From Mobula hypostoma (Eukaryota), in NCBI RefSeq assembly GCF_963921235.1, contig NC_086097.1:53756001-53820000 (forward strand): a DNA stretch of 64,000 bases, written 5' to 3'. Under the pieces are notes generated by a model. It had not been told where the DNA came from. It searched no databases and saw only the letters and a list, made by a program, of their open reading frames with translations. The first letter of the stretch is position 1. Each line of letters opens with the position of its first letter. The position numbers and the translations under genes are program-made. Positions 1 to 13,029 of this stretch are shown here, piece by piece.

Positions 1-984
1 TGCATTAAGATTTTTTATTTAATGAATTTCTTCTTTAAAGAATCCTTTGAAAATCTAAAGGGTATTCACTTTGGCTTGTGGAAAGAGGAGTCCTAAAGAG
101 CACTATTTGTCATGATTACATGCAAAATACATATTGATGCACTTTGAAAACGTATTTGTAAAAGATCTTTTCGTGTAGACCATTCAACACACTCATTATC
201 TTTGTCAGAAGATCTATAAATGTTTTACAGAGAGATTGTTAGGGCATATTGTCATCTATTTTCCCTTTTTTTGTCGATAATACAAACAACTAAGTAAATT
301 TTGTGAATATAAGTTTAGCATGAAATCATATTCTTTTAAAGTCAATATGAATTATATTGCACAATTTATCTTGAATTCTGAATTTCAATGGGAAGCACTT
401 GAATCTTCCTTCTGAATTTTTACCTGGCTTGGATACAAAATGCTGTTTTGAGATGTGAGTAAAAACAGAAGTTTGCGAATATTATGCCCTTGCCCAAAGT
501 CTGGATTTAGCTGCCTTTCTGGGGCAGCTAATTGCTGATGACCATGACTCAAGCTTGCCTGGAGGTTCTAAAGCACAGTTCTCCAACATCAGTTTTTTGC
601 TGATGATGTGGATATTGACAGGTAGCAACATGTTTTTAAACGGCAGAGGGCTCCCAACTTCTCAGAGAGATGACTTAGGAGGTGCAGACTTGGGAGTCAT
701 ATCAAAGGACAGAAGAGAGAAGGAACCCGCAGATCCAGTAATTTGGCTGGAAATCACTGAGGAAGTCAATACAAGCAATCATGTAGCCTACAGTGCCACA
801 AAAATATTAGTGGCTTAACACAGGGGATCAAGGTAGGATCTCATCTCTCAAACATGTCTCTTATTGATGGCACCATTGATAGCACCTACACAATGCACTG
901 ATATTCATACAAGCTACATCACTGAATTCTTTGAAGCATAGTTAACACTTCACACTCATTTCACCTCTGTCAGTCATGTGAGAC

Positions 985-1040
<56 letters not shown>
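985..1040. repeat. Compound (CT)n(CA)n microsatellite
   Basis: Directly visible run of ct repeats followed by ca repeats. Confidence 0.97.
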
Positions 1041-1042
<2 letters not shown>

Positions 1043-1049
1043 TTTGATT

Positions 1050-1266
1050 CTGAATGCTGTTGTTCACTTCAATTGTTTGCATGATTTGTACTTTTTTTCT
1101 TTCTCTTGCGCATTGAGTGTTGGTCTTTAATTTTTTTTTAATTCTTTTTGTTCTTTTAATTGGGTTCTTTCGGGTTTCTTGCTCTGTGACTACCTGTGAG
1201 CAAGCAAATCTCAAGGTTGTATAATTTATACATTCTTTGATAATAAATGTATTGAATTTTGAATCT
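1050..1266 (+). mobile_element. Rex1/Babar-type LINE 3' UTR fragment
   Basis: T-rich 3' UTR ending ...ctcaaggttgtata...aataaa...ttgaatttttgaatc, similar to the LINE 3' end at 35280-35468. Confidence 0.6.
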
Positions 1267-1357
1267 TAGTTTTAACTGCACGCTCATTCTGTTGTAGGAA
1301 AGCCCCGATGAGAACTTTGGAAAACTAAGTTGAAGTCTGAACGATAGATGAATTCTA

Positions 1358-2852
1358 TCACAAACAAGAGAAAATCTGCAGATGCTGGAAATCTAAGCAA
1401 CCCACACAAAATGCTGGAGGAACTCAGCAGACAAGACAACATACGTGAAAAAGAGTAAACAGTCGACTTTTCAGGCCGAGACCCTTCAACAGGACCAGAG
1501 AAGTCAGAGTAAGAAGGTGGGAGGAGGGGAGGAAGAAATACAAGGTAGGAGGTGATAGGTGAAACCAGGACAGGGGAGGGGTGAATTAAAGAGCTGGGAA
1601 GTCGATTGGTGTAAGAGATAAAGCTCTGGAGAAGAGGGGATCTGATAGGAGAGGACAGAAGGCCATGGAAGAAAGGGAAGGGGAAGGACAACCAGAGGGA
1701 GGTGATGGGCAGGCAAGGAGATAAGGTGAGAGAGAGAAACAAGAATGGGAAATGTTGAAGGGGGCAATTACTGGAAGTTCGAGAAATCAATGTTAATACA
1801 ATCAGGTTGGAAGCTACCCAGGCAGAAAATAAGGTGTTGCTCCTCTAACCTGAGTGTGACCTCATTAAAACAGTACTGAAGGCCATGGACTGACATGTCA
1901 GACTGGGAATGGGAAGTAGAATTAAAATGGGTCACCACTGGGAAATTAGATTAAATTAGATTAGATTATGAGGATATTCAGTCCTCGTTTATTGTCATTT
2001 AGAAATGCATGCATTAAAAAATGAAACAATGTTTCTCCAGTATGATATCACAGAAACACAAGACAGGCCAAGACTAAAACTGACAAAAACCACATAATTA
2101 TAACATATAGTTACAACAGTGCAAAGCAATACCGTAATTCAATAAGAGCAGACCATGGGCACGGTAAAAAAAAGTCTCAAAGTCCTGGTAGCCCCAACAT
2201 CTCACGCAGACGGTAGAAGGGAGAAACTCTCCCTGCCATGAGCTTCCAGCGCCGCAAACTTGCCGATGCAGCACCCTGGAAGCACCCAACCACAGTCCAA
2301 CTCTGAGTCCGTCCGAAAACTTTTAGCCTCCAACCAGCCCTCCAACACCGAGTACCGAGCACCACCTCTGCCGAGCGCTTCGACCCGGCCCCAGCCACCA
2401 AGCAACAGGCAAAGCTGAGGATTCAGGGCCTTCCCCTGCAGAGATTTCGGATCGCACAGTAGCGGCAGCAGCGCAACAGGCATTTCAGAAATCCCCCTTT
2501 CTCTGGCAGATGGAGCATAGGTGCTCGGTGAAGTGGTGTCCCAATCTATGTCAGGTCTCTCCGATATACAGGAGGCCACACCAAGAGCACCGGATATAGT
2601 AGATGGCCCTAACAGACTTGCAGATGAAGTGTTGCCTCACCTGGAAGGACTGTTTGGGTCCCTGAGTGGAGGTGAGGGAGGAGGTGTTGGAGAAGGTGTA
2701 ACACTTGTTCAGCTTGCAAGGATCAGGTGCCAGAAGGGAGATCAATGGGGAGGGGCTAATGGCCAAGGGAGTCACGTAGGGAGGGATCCCTGCGGAAAGC
2801 AGAAAGTGAGGGGCAGGGAGGGAAGGAAACATGCTTGTTGGTGGGATCCTGT
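1358..2852 (-). mobile_element. Penelope-like element (PLE) 3' part: GIY-YIG endonuclease remnant plus terminal repeat, interrupted at 1947-2490
   Basis: Minus-strand ORF 2551-2880 has GPKQSFQVRQHFICKS..IYYIRCSWCGLLYIGET (GIY-YIG motif). Pyrimidine-rich 3' region and hammerhead-like motif at 1461-1495. Confidence 0.85.
1947..2490 (-). mobile_element. Non-coding SINE-like retroposon, family X, 5'-truncated copy
   Basis: (TAGAT)n tail on + strand at 1947. Body matches 8880-9471 and the reverse complement of 34276-34952. gaaat lies at both junctions. Confidence 0.85.
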
Positions 2853-5800
2853 AGTGCGAATAGAGGAATTCTATTCTCACTACCTCACAAATTATGGTTC
2901 AGAGGAGGGGTGTTTGTGGAAAATGTTGAGGTACAGATGGGGACGTGATTGGAGGGAGTTTTGCCGTGGCTTGGTAGAAAGGCTGGAATTAGCCCACTTT
3001 TCCATAGTGTGGAGCTGATTGGTTCCATTCAGCAGCCTGTGCTGTCCTCACTTACAGTATCTAATGAATGCTGCAACATCACCAAGGTCAAACAGCTTTC
3101 TTGAATCCTCTGAAAATCCCTGACTGAAAAAAAAAATCCAAAATAATGGCAGGGAAGACCAGAGGCATTACTCTGCTCAGTCACCCACTTAAATCCATTC
3201 TGAGGTAGTGCAGTATAAAGCAGGGTAACTACAGCTGGCAGCCTCTTGAGAAAAAGCCGGACAATATTGCAGCTACCTTCTTCAGATCCTTGCTTCCACA
3301 GAGAATGTACTTCATAAAAATAGTATAATAACATTGGCCACCTCCCAAGAATAAGCATCTTAGCGAATCATTTAACATTTTGTTTGTGTCGTTTCAATGT
3401 TTTCAGTGGTACTGCTCTGCCTGGCTTTATCTCTTCACCTCCAGAACCTGAGCAAGATCCCCTAACTAACCATATCCTTTTGCCTGCTGCCCTCAATAAT
3501 ATTCCCAGTTTGTAAAGTACACTCGCACTCTTTAGGTGACCCTTACAGAATGGCAGGAATTAGTACTGATAGTCAATTAGGCAGTTTCCCAAAATATATT
3601 AAATGTCCTCTTAAAATGTGCATTTAATTTATCCCAGTACACTAGTGAAGATGGATGATAGATAGCCAAAAAAAACATTCAATTTAATGTTTTAATGCTT
3701 TAATGAGCATTAGTGCCAATTTCACCAAGGATAAGAACTTGACCCATTCTTGGACCATTTGTTCCAGGCAACAACATGAAATCCCTTACGAAGGTGGTGT
3801 CAGCACTAATTAGTTGCTGCGTCTCAGAACTCCTCCTTGGCCTTGCAGGAGATTCTAAAAGGAAAAAACCTGCAAGCACCTCAGGAGAGATTTTTATTAT
3901 AGATCGCAGAGATTACATTGATCTCATTAAGCCATGAGGCACACCTATTTACATCAGCAATGAAGTGAGTTAAGTTCTGCTCAGAATATAGTGAAGAGTT
4001 AACTAATTGCAACAATAAATGAGAAGTAAAAAAAGAACTATGGATTTGTCAGAATAAACTTTCACTTTTGGACCACCAGCTTAAACACAACTCAGACAAA
4101 TGGGATAAAGGATTTCTCCATTCATAGCCAGATAAAGATCAAAAGTAAAATGTATTTGGACAGTCCCAGTGACATGGCTAGGAGTACGCAGCTCAAAACC
4201 CCTTTCAAGCTCATGATTAATTTGAACTAATTAATTTGGCAAGCTCATTCTGGGCCCAAGAGGAAGCAGAGTGTGAGAAGAAACAAATGTGCAGTAGGAA
4301 TTCTCCTTAGAGCTCGAGGTTCAGTGTGCTGTTTGCATGTTGGTGACTGGGGATTTCTGAAAAGTTTACAAATGTTCATCCTGTCAACTGTCATCCTTCA
4401 TCTTGTTGAGTACATATATCTTGGTTCACTGTTTCCACCCCTACCCCAGAAAAAGAGGAAATCCAGCTTGCTGCACTGCCAATGATTAAATTCTCAGCAA
4501 TATCCAAATATAAACACTTCCATTACTGAAGTGAAGGAATCAATTAATGTTCAGCCACGGACAACGTAGCCATTGCACAACCTTCTACTATTTCCTGTGT
4601 GAAAAAACAGCTGCATTTCTTTGTCCAACATCTGTCACATACCAGCTGTGCACTAAAATTATAACTGTTTAAAGAAATAACATTGGATTAGTTTAAACAA
4701 CTACATGGAGCTGCAACTGCCTAGTAAATGATAGAAAGAAACATTTAAACAATACATAAACTAACTGAAGATTTCAGGAAGAAAGTTTCTACACTGAACG
4801 ATTCTAAGATTTAAAAGTCGACTGGAAGAGGCACCAAGCTTCTTTGTAAAAAAAAATCAAAGTTAAATTATCAAGAATACCTATACACAAAGACTCGTTT
4901 TGAAAATGTCAGAAATTATACCTTAGGTATGATTGGTATTTCAAACTTGCTGAAACATGGGCAGTTTGATAAAATTGAATTTAAGTTAACCTTATTTGAG
5001 TTATTCTTTTGTAGGACATTTTTTTCCAGATGGACAAGAGAAACTGGTGAAGAAATTTATCTCATCCAAGAGTTTTGAACCCATCTATTTAGAAAAGAAA
5101 ACCATCCCAAATGCTTATTTATGGTTCACTATTTAGTGACTCTAGTACTGTCTGCATGTTTCCTTTCTATGACTTTATCGATTTAAAAATTGTGTTGTAA
5201 ATCGTGTGTTTCATCATTCTGTTCAGAATCAGCAGCAAGGAATTTAAAAGAACATGTCCACCTCTCAAGTGTCATTTCCTCTCATAAAACACTGGAATTC
5301 TTTCATGTTTAAGAGGTTTTATTACCATGTAGTTGTTTATGGGTTTTGTTTCCTTCTTAGGTCAATAAAGCAATGCAGGATTCTAGAACAAATTCTGCAG
5401 TGTTAATCAAAAAAGAAAATCCTTAAATAAGTAACTTTCGCTATTTCTGCATGAATTATCTTGACATCTCTGAGTCAAAAGAGTGCAAGAGTGTTGAGTA
5501 GTTCATGGTTAAGCGATGAATTATTGTTGAAGGATTGGTACTTCCTTTGGGTCAACCACAATATGGTTAATCAAATACCAATCAATTATAGATCTGGCAG
5601 TTGAATAAATGTCAAGCAAACCACAAGAAAACAAAATCCCCAGATACTTTACACAATAACAATCAAGCGAATGGGGACATATGACAAAGAGAAATTATAA
5701 ATTCATCTGCCCACTAGTTAGTGAGTTATGACATATTGGTCTCATAATTCTACTCTGTGTGTTTAATAACAGATTTTGAGAACCACCACCAATTCTATCT

Positions 5801-5919
5801 ATTATTTTCTGACTTATGAATGTTGTGGGAAATTTCCTGCGATGAAGCAACTTGAAATATTTTTCCAAGTGAAAACCAATGTATAAATTCAAGTTGTTTT
5901 GACTTGATGTATTGTGTAT

Positions 5920-6272
5920 AAGATGATGAGAGGCTTTGATCGTGTGGATAGTCAGAGGCTTTTTCCCAGGGCTGAAATGGCTAACACGAGACGGCACAGT
6001 TCTAAGGTATATGAAAGTAGGTAAAGAGGAGATGTCAGGGGTAAGTTTTTTATGCAGAGAGTGGTGAGTGTGTGGAATGGATTGCCAGCGACAGTGGTGG
6101 AGGCGGATACGATAGGGTCTTTTAAGAGACTCCTGGATAGGTACATGGAGCTTAGAAAAATAGAGGGCTATGGGTAACCCTAGGTAATTTCTAAAATAAT
6201 ACATGTTTGGCACAGCATTGTGGGCCAAAGGGCCTGTATTGTGCTGTAGGTTTTCTGTGTTCTGTGTTCTAT
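5920..6272 (+). mobile_element. CR1 LINE 3' fragment
   Basis: Encodes YKMMRGFDRVDSQRLFPRAEM..TRRHS..; closely similar to 45200-45525; ends in a ttctgtg tail repeat. Confidence 0.88.
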
Positions 6273-6449
6273 ATTTTATCTTGATTTGATTTTGATTACC
6301 AGTGTGCATGAAAAGAGTCAGAATTTACCAATAACCAGTTGACCAAGCGTAAACCCATAAGTGGAATGGTAGTAAATTGATGTTTAATTACTGAAACAAA
6401 ATCCAAATATTATTGTAGGCCAGTTGGATTAAAACAATTGAGGAATTTC

Positions 6450-6759
6450 TTTTTTTTTTGGCGTGTGCATGCGAGACTGTGCGTGTGCATCTGCCTGTGC
6501 GTGTGTGCATCCGAGATGATGTCTTTTTCATGGCTTTTTTTCAGGCGCGGAGTGAGAGAGAGAGACTGCGTGGTGCGCCACTCCCCACACAGACATCTTC
6601 GCAGCACTTTTCCCTTTATTTTACGAGGTCGAGTTGCGATCTCGACACACAACCCGGCACGGATGGAAAGCATACTCGAGAGCGGACCCGACTGGTTGCG
6701 AACCTGGGAACTTCCGCTCCCGGGTCTGGCACCGATGTCATTGCACCATTAGCTGGCCC
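6450..6759 (-). mobile_element. tRNA-derived SINE with poly(A) tail
   Basis: Minus strand starts gggccagctaaTGGTGCAATG (A box-like) then GGTTCGCAACC (B box-like). Ends in about 10 A. Degenerate ~15-bp TSD caattgaggaatttc / caattcaagaaatttc. CpG-rich. Confidence 0.75.
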
Positions 6760-7149
6760 CAATTCAAGAAATTTCCAGCACAGACTGACTAAAAATTGAA
6801 CACAATCAGTCAAAGAATCATGAGGTCTATTTTAAGCTGATTAGAATGGTGGTACAGCAGGGTAGTTTTCTTAGTTTTAAAGTAATGTACATTCCTGGGA
6901 ATTTGGTAAAGACTAACCCCTTCTTTATCTGACCCCCAATTAATTGACGCAGGATATTCAACAGAAGGAAGTTCTAGGGTATCATTTCTAAATTCCTCCA
7001 GTTTAAAGATTGTTTCCTTACATTGATCATAACCTGAACCCAGGGATACTGGACAAAAATGAGGAGCAGAACCATGACACATTTTCCTCTCCTATTGCAG
7101 AGGATGAAAGACAATTGTAGCTCCTTGCTGCTGTTCAACTGATGAACAC

Positions 7150-8879
7150 TGTATCCTACTGAATGACATATCTGACAATATTAGACTTTGGTACCTCAAG
7201 AACTGTCATTTCATGGCCCAAGCAGAAGCCCTGGCAGATCACAGAGGTGTGCTCCTTACTAAAAGTCCGGGATGCTGCCTTCCCGTCTGGTGACAGAACA
7301 GCTCTCAGAGCAGTCAAGAGAAATATCATCTTAAACATCACCAGGGTAAAGGTCGCTTACGCACAAAAAAATTCAGGAACACCTGTCTGATAACAAATCT
7401 CAGTATGTATGTGGCTGGGCATCAAGGGGGATAACTGACTATACAAGGAGAAACAGCGTCGACTGTGCCAATGACACCGTCCTCCCTGACACTCGAAACA
7501 ACACATGCACACTTTGAGGAGTGCAACATAACACCAGCCATGAAAGCTATCACGGCCCCTCCGCCCCCTAATTGAGTGATTATTGTTTGTACCAGCATCA
7601 GATGTGAGAAGAACTCTTCAGAGAGTCAATCCCCTTCAGGCGGTCCGGCCAGACTACATCCCAGGCCAGGTACTCAAGGAGCATGCACACCAGCTCACTG
7701 ATGGCTTCATGGACATCTTCAGCACTTCACTCATCCAGTCTGCTATCCCGACATCCTTCAAATCAGCCACCATAATCCCTGTACCAAAGAACTCTACACC
7801 TTCAGATCTAAACAACTACGGCCCGGCAGCACTGATGCCAATTATCATGAAGTGCTTTGAATGACCAGTAATGTCACATATCAAAATCTCCGTTCCTGCC
7901 ACATTGGATGAACTCTTGTCAATATGCTCACTGACAGAACTGCTCTGTGACAGATGCCATAGAATCTTTCATGCACCTGGCCCTGACACTCGGAGAAAAC
8001 CGGGACACTTGCTGTACGTCAGAATGCTGTTTCTGGATTTCAGTTTGGCATTGAACACTATTGTCCCACAGACCTTGATGAACAAATTCCTATTTCTCAG
8101 TCTAAATACACCACCATGCAACTGGGTGTTGGACTTTCGAATCAATAAACCTCAGATAGTCAGGATGCAAAAATGCTCCTCCCTCCCCATTGTCCTCAAC
8201 ATAGGTGTCCCACAATGTGTGCTGATCTCACTGCTGTACACTCTACTCACTCGTGACTGCAAGGTCAAACACCCGAGTAATCTCGTTGCCAAGTTTGCCA
8301 ACAGTGGTGCAGCTCATCACCAACAACAATGAGTCGGCCTACAAAGAGGATATTGAAGAGCTCAAGGCCTGGTGCCAGGCAAATAACCTTTTACTCAATG
8401 TCGACAAGGCAAGGCAGATAGCCATCAACTTCAGGAAAACTCGCACTACTCTTTACATCGACAGCACTGCAGTGAAAACTATGGGCAGTTTCAGACTCTG
8501 GGGAGCGCACATCTAGCACATCTCATGGACTGTTGGTTCCCCTCCCATCAGGAAAGAGGCTATGTAGCATCTATCCCAGGACAACCAGACTCAAAAACAG
8601 CTACTTTCCCCAAGAAATAAGGCTGATCTACACCTCCAGCCATTAATCCAACCCTCTGCAACAACAAACACCACTACTTCATCAGTTCCTGTCAGTCACC
8701 TTATGTGCAGACACTCCTGTGCCTAGCGTCACTCTATGAACATACAATCAATCTACGTATGTTATATAAGCTTCTTATGTATTTATATTTATTGTGTTTT
8801 TTATTATTGTGTTCTTTATCTTATTGGGTATTGTTTTGTGCTGCATCAGATCCAGAGTAACGATTATTTCATTCTCCTT
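7150..8879 (+). mobile_element. Degenerate Rex1/Babar-type LINE (RT region and 3' UTR)
   Basis: Frameshifted pieces PKQKPW, IPTSFKSATIIPVPK..LNNYGPAALMPIIMKCFE, YVRMLFLDFSLALNTIVP, CNWVLDF, VAKFA. The tail resumes at about 9472-9488. Confidence 0.88.
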
Positions 8880-9471
8880 TAGATTAGATTAGATTATGAG
8901 GACATGCAGTCCTCTTTTATTGTCATTTAATAATGCCTGCATTAAGAAATGATACAATGTTCCTCCAGAATGATATCACAGAAACACAAGACAAACCAAG
9001 ACTAAAAAAACTGACAAAAATCACATAATTATAACATATAGTTACAACAGAGCAAAACAATACTGTAATTTGATAAAGAACAGACCATGGGCACAGTAAA
9101 AAAAAGTCTCAAAGTCTCTCGAAAGTCCCATCATCTCACACAGACGGTAGAAGGAAGAGAAACTCTCTTCCTGCCATGAACCTCCAGCGCCGCAAACTTG
9201 CCGATGCAGCACCCTGGAAGCACCCGACCACAGCTGACTCTTGAGTCCGTCCGAAAACCTCGAGCCTCCGACTAGTCCCCTGACACCGAGTACCAAGCAC
9301 CATCTCTGCCGAGCGCTTCGACCCCGGCCCCGGCAACAGGCAATAGGCAAAGCTGAGGATTTGGGGCCTTCCCCTCCGGAGATTCTCCATTGCACAGTAG
9401 AAACGGCAGCGAAGCAGGCATTTCAGAAGTTTGTCCAGATGTTCCTCCGTGCTACTTATGTCTGTCTCCAT
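8880..9471 (-). mobile_element. Non-coding SINE-like retroposon, family X, 5'-truncated copy inserted in the Rex1 3' end
   Basis: (TAGAT)3 tail and gaggac-atgca-gtcctc hairpin. Body matches 1947-2490 and 34276-34952. Confidence 0.88.
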
Positions 9472-9849
9472 CACTCTTGTGTACTTAGAATCTCCTGCAT
9501 TGTAACTTCTGTCTATCCTAGCTATTTTTCGTGTGATTTTATTCTCTTATATATTGTCCGAAATTTGATGTTTGATTTTTGTATCTTATTCCATGTGAAG
9601 CACTTGGAACTGTTTCGTGTTTGAAAAGTGTTAAACAAGTAAACTTGCTTGCTTGCTGGAAATAACATTAAGCAATCTTGAATCTGAAGGTAGACCAGCT
9701 CTTGTAAGTAAAGGATCAGGAGTTTGGTCTTTCCTGCATTTATCAATCAGTTATCTCACCCATAATTTGCACCTCACTACTGTCCTTTTCTATACCATTG
9801 TCAATCTAATGGGGTACAGATAATCACAGTCTACTCTAGAAACAAGCCA

Positions 9850-10235
9850 GTCAGTCATAGAGTCAAAGATAAATAGAGCACAGAAAAATGGCCGACTGAA
9901 TGTGCACAGAGCATTAATCACCCAGTTTTATGCTATCCTGCCCAAATCCATTTTATTCTCCCATATTCCTAAAAAATTCTCCTGGATTCATCCACTCATG
10001 TAGTCACCTTACTTGCCCGATGCCAGCCCCCTAGGCCTGAGCCGACATAATAGTAGTGTAGTCACCAAAGCAATTTACAGTGGCCAATTAACGTATTAAT
10101 CTGCATGCTTTTTTGGGATGAGGGAGGAAGCCAGAGGGAACCCATGCAGACACAGGGAGAATGTGCAAACTCCAGAGGTCAGAACTGAACTCAGGTCATT
10201 GGAGTGGTGATGGACTGGGTCTACTGTCTGTGCCT
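9850..10235 (-). mobile_element. Old HE1-like V-SINE remnant
   Basis: Minus strand has the V-domain-like ggagtttgcacattctccctgtgtctgcatgggtt and a CR1-like tail (ctctatgac). Confidence 0.6.
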
Positions 10236-11740
10236 CTCTGCTCTGTATTGTGGCATCCTCAGTGCATGTTTGATAATTATGACTTATGCTTAAGGAAAAC
10301 CAGGATAACCATTTGTGAAAAGCTGGCACTACCATGACCAGGGTTCAGTTTCCTTGGGCACTTATTGGTTTTTAAAGGCACCACCAGAGCCTGTGGACAG
10401 AAAGGAAAGTTTCTCTATCTTAATTATCTAAGCTGATCATGAATTGTCCACTACTCCTCAGCTCCCATTTTCCTGACAGGAGGCTCTCCAGAGATCCATG
10501 GAAGTTTGACCAAGATGTAACTGGAGTCACCACAGTGCCTTGCTCTATCCTGCTGTCAGCAAAATGCCATTGCTCTACATGGTGCCAGCTGCACTAAGCT
10601 GTAGTATGAGTCAGTTCCTTAGTCCTCTTTGTAATGAAGATAAAGGAAGGGACATGTTTATTAAAAGCTGCTTTTTTTAATCAAAAACAGATGCTAAACT
10701 TTGAATTGCTGACTTGTGAGAACAGCAGAGGCTGTAAAGCAGGACATTTGCAACAGGGTTATGAGGAAGTTCTGTTTGTTCTTTGAACACTGTTTGTGGG
10801 ATGAGCATTACTCCCATTTAATTTCATTGAACCAACCAACCAAACTTTGCAATGTCATTCAGAATACTTTCTGTGATTTCTGATTTGTTAAGCTAATGCA
10901 TGTATTAGATAACAATCAACCACACTTGTTGGATAAAGTTTGTATAAGCTATTATGTAGCACAAAGAATTCAAACCTGAAGACAAGATTGCGTTTTATGA
11001 ACAATCTATCGGGTGATCTTTTCCTTATTCCTAGCACATAATCTGTAGTCTTAAAGTATAACTTTTAAGATAAAATCTATCATGTAAAAATAGCATTGTC
11101 CTCAGATAACTAAAGGATTGCTAATTCAAAGCCATCAATTACAAAATTAACAGTCCGATTTTTTTCTGGTTTTTTATCAAGCAAGTAAAATATTAACTTC
11201 AACTCCTCGCCCTGGTAGATATTGGAATACTGCCTAAATTAAATTTATTTTCGTTTAACATTTCAATTTCTTGGGATAATAGCTATAATAGGAAAGAAAT
11301 TAACTGAAAAGAGCTTTGAGGATAAATAAATGAAGATGCTTTAATTATTTATTGAAGTACCAACTTACTTCCTATCATTTTATAATAGCTTTTATTTCCT
11401 TTTATACTTCATTAGTAGTATGGACATTTATAGATGTCCTTTCAATTTGCCAATCTTCAATTTTTTATAAAATGGTAGAGAAAAAAAGTTTTAAAATAAT
11501 CCAGAAAATCTGAAACAAAATTACAAAAAATGGAAACTACTTCTGGTGTTACAGAATAGTACCTTAAATGATGACAAAACATTTAATTAAAAGCTTTCCT
11601 TTCTTGAAGTGTATGTTTAATTAAATGGAAATAGGATCGATTTTCAATTGTACATAGAACCCTGTTCTTTAATTTTTGAAGGCACAAAAAATGAGCAGAA
11701 AGAGTCATTGCAATCAGATGGAATTTTCAAGTCGAGGAGA

Positions 11741-11882
11741 GCTGTGGATGTTCGGTCCCTGATCTTAAAGGAGCAGAGTTTCAGAGTGGAATGCCAGAGG
11801 GTGGTGACTGAAGTTGTGGATGTTCAGTCCCTGGGGTTAAGGGAACAGTTTGGAAATGGAATGCCAAATGGTGGTGACTGAA
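11741..11882. repeat. Diverged two-copy tandem duplication (~70 bp unit)
   Basis: tgtggatgttc(g/a)gtccctg...tggaatgcca...ggtggtgactgaa occurs twice head-to-tail. Confidence 0.8.
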
Positions 11883-12214
11883 CGATGGACAAAGGCACAG
11901 AGACGAGTAGGCTGAAGAGGAACCTAAACACCAGGATGAGAATTATAATTGTGAAGCATCATTAGACTGTGTGCTAAATATATCAGCAAGGATACAAGCA
12001 ATTGCTGCAAACACTTGTGAGAGAGGACTATGGAATGTTAGAAATCTGTATTATTTTGTGTTTCTTCTTAAATTTATAATCTTCTGCCTAACATTCAAAT
12101 GATTATCTTTACTTTCCCATTGTCTCTCTCACACAATCATTGCATTCTTGTCCTGATTTTCTGACATATGAATGGCTGAAAGTAAGGAATATAATGTGTT
12201 AATTCTGTTTAAAA

Positions 12215-12795
12215 CGTAACCCTCAGGTTCGGCCAGCGGTGTTAGCCTAGGGAAGATGGTCTCTGGCCCCACCAAACTTGTGAAATCTGAGGTGCAAAAC
12301 CTCTTGTTTGTGTGGATACTGTGTGATCTGTTCCCCCGTTACAAATCGGTACCATGAAATAACAGAAAGTACACCATATACAATTAAATGATTTAGCTCT
12401 TTAATTCTTAATTTGACTGAAGGGTTAGTAAAGAAAACAAAAAGAAGAGGGCCCATTTTAATGAAACAGTCTAATGTGCACATGTTGGAGCTCACGGTTT
12501 CCCTTCCATTGGTCCTCCACAGATTTCCCTGGGCTTTGTCCAATCCCAGCCCCACTCCAAGTCCACTCCATTCTGCTATCTACGACCTCTTCTTTCTGGC
12601 ATCTTCTTTCTTCATCTCTCACCAAACAAAAGACCCAGATCACCTCATTCTCAGGCACACAACAAGAAAAAAGAACACTCCCTTCATTGTACGGCACACA
12701 TTCCAAAGCATCCCGTTATTTCTAGTCATAACCCAAACACTGCTGCTACAGAAAAACTATTATATTAGCAGTGAAACATTTCCCAGGGTGTTACA
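12215..12795 (-). mobile_element. Putative solo LTR
   Basis: Termini (c)GTAAC...GTTACA are inverted. Shares motifs atcacacag(t/c)atccacacaaac and agtttgg..gggcc...ttccctag with the 14575-15247 LTR in opposite orientation. No matching TSD. Confidence 0.6.
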
Positions 12796-13029
12796 CATTA
12801 CTAAAACAAAACATAAATTTAAATAACAATTTAAACAAAGAATCCTATAATTAATGAGGTTTTATGATATTATCAGTTGGAAAGAATGGAGTATGAGATA
12901 GAAAGTAGAGAAGCTGCAAGTATCTATTAATTGCTATTTTTATTTTTCATGAAAGATCAGACTTCTAGGAATGGGCTTTCACCTGGAGATCAGATTTTTA
13001 GAGAGTTACTCTCTTGTCCAAAAGAATGC

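Noticed and set aside
1284..1790. Pro/Ser/Leu-rich ORFs here and at 49397-49803
   Set aside because: They are translations of the stop-poor pyrimidine tract of Penelope termini.
2098..2579. Recurrent similar ORFs (also 9042-9474 and 34426-34736) as a small gene family
   Set aside because: They are GC-rich frames within family X, and their starts, stops and frames are not conserved between copies.
6690..6759. tRNA gene
   Set aside because: The A/B box-like head continues into a body, poly(A) tail and TSD, and no convincing cloverleaf is visible. It is a SINE head.
6810..7091. Possible minus-strand terminal exon (ERKMCHGSAPHF...)
   Set aside because: Weak acceptor, unrecognised peptide, and it is wedged between a SINE and a LINE. 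Insufficient support.
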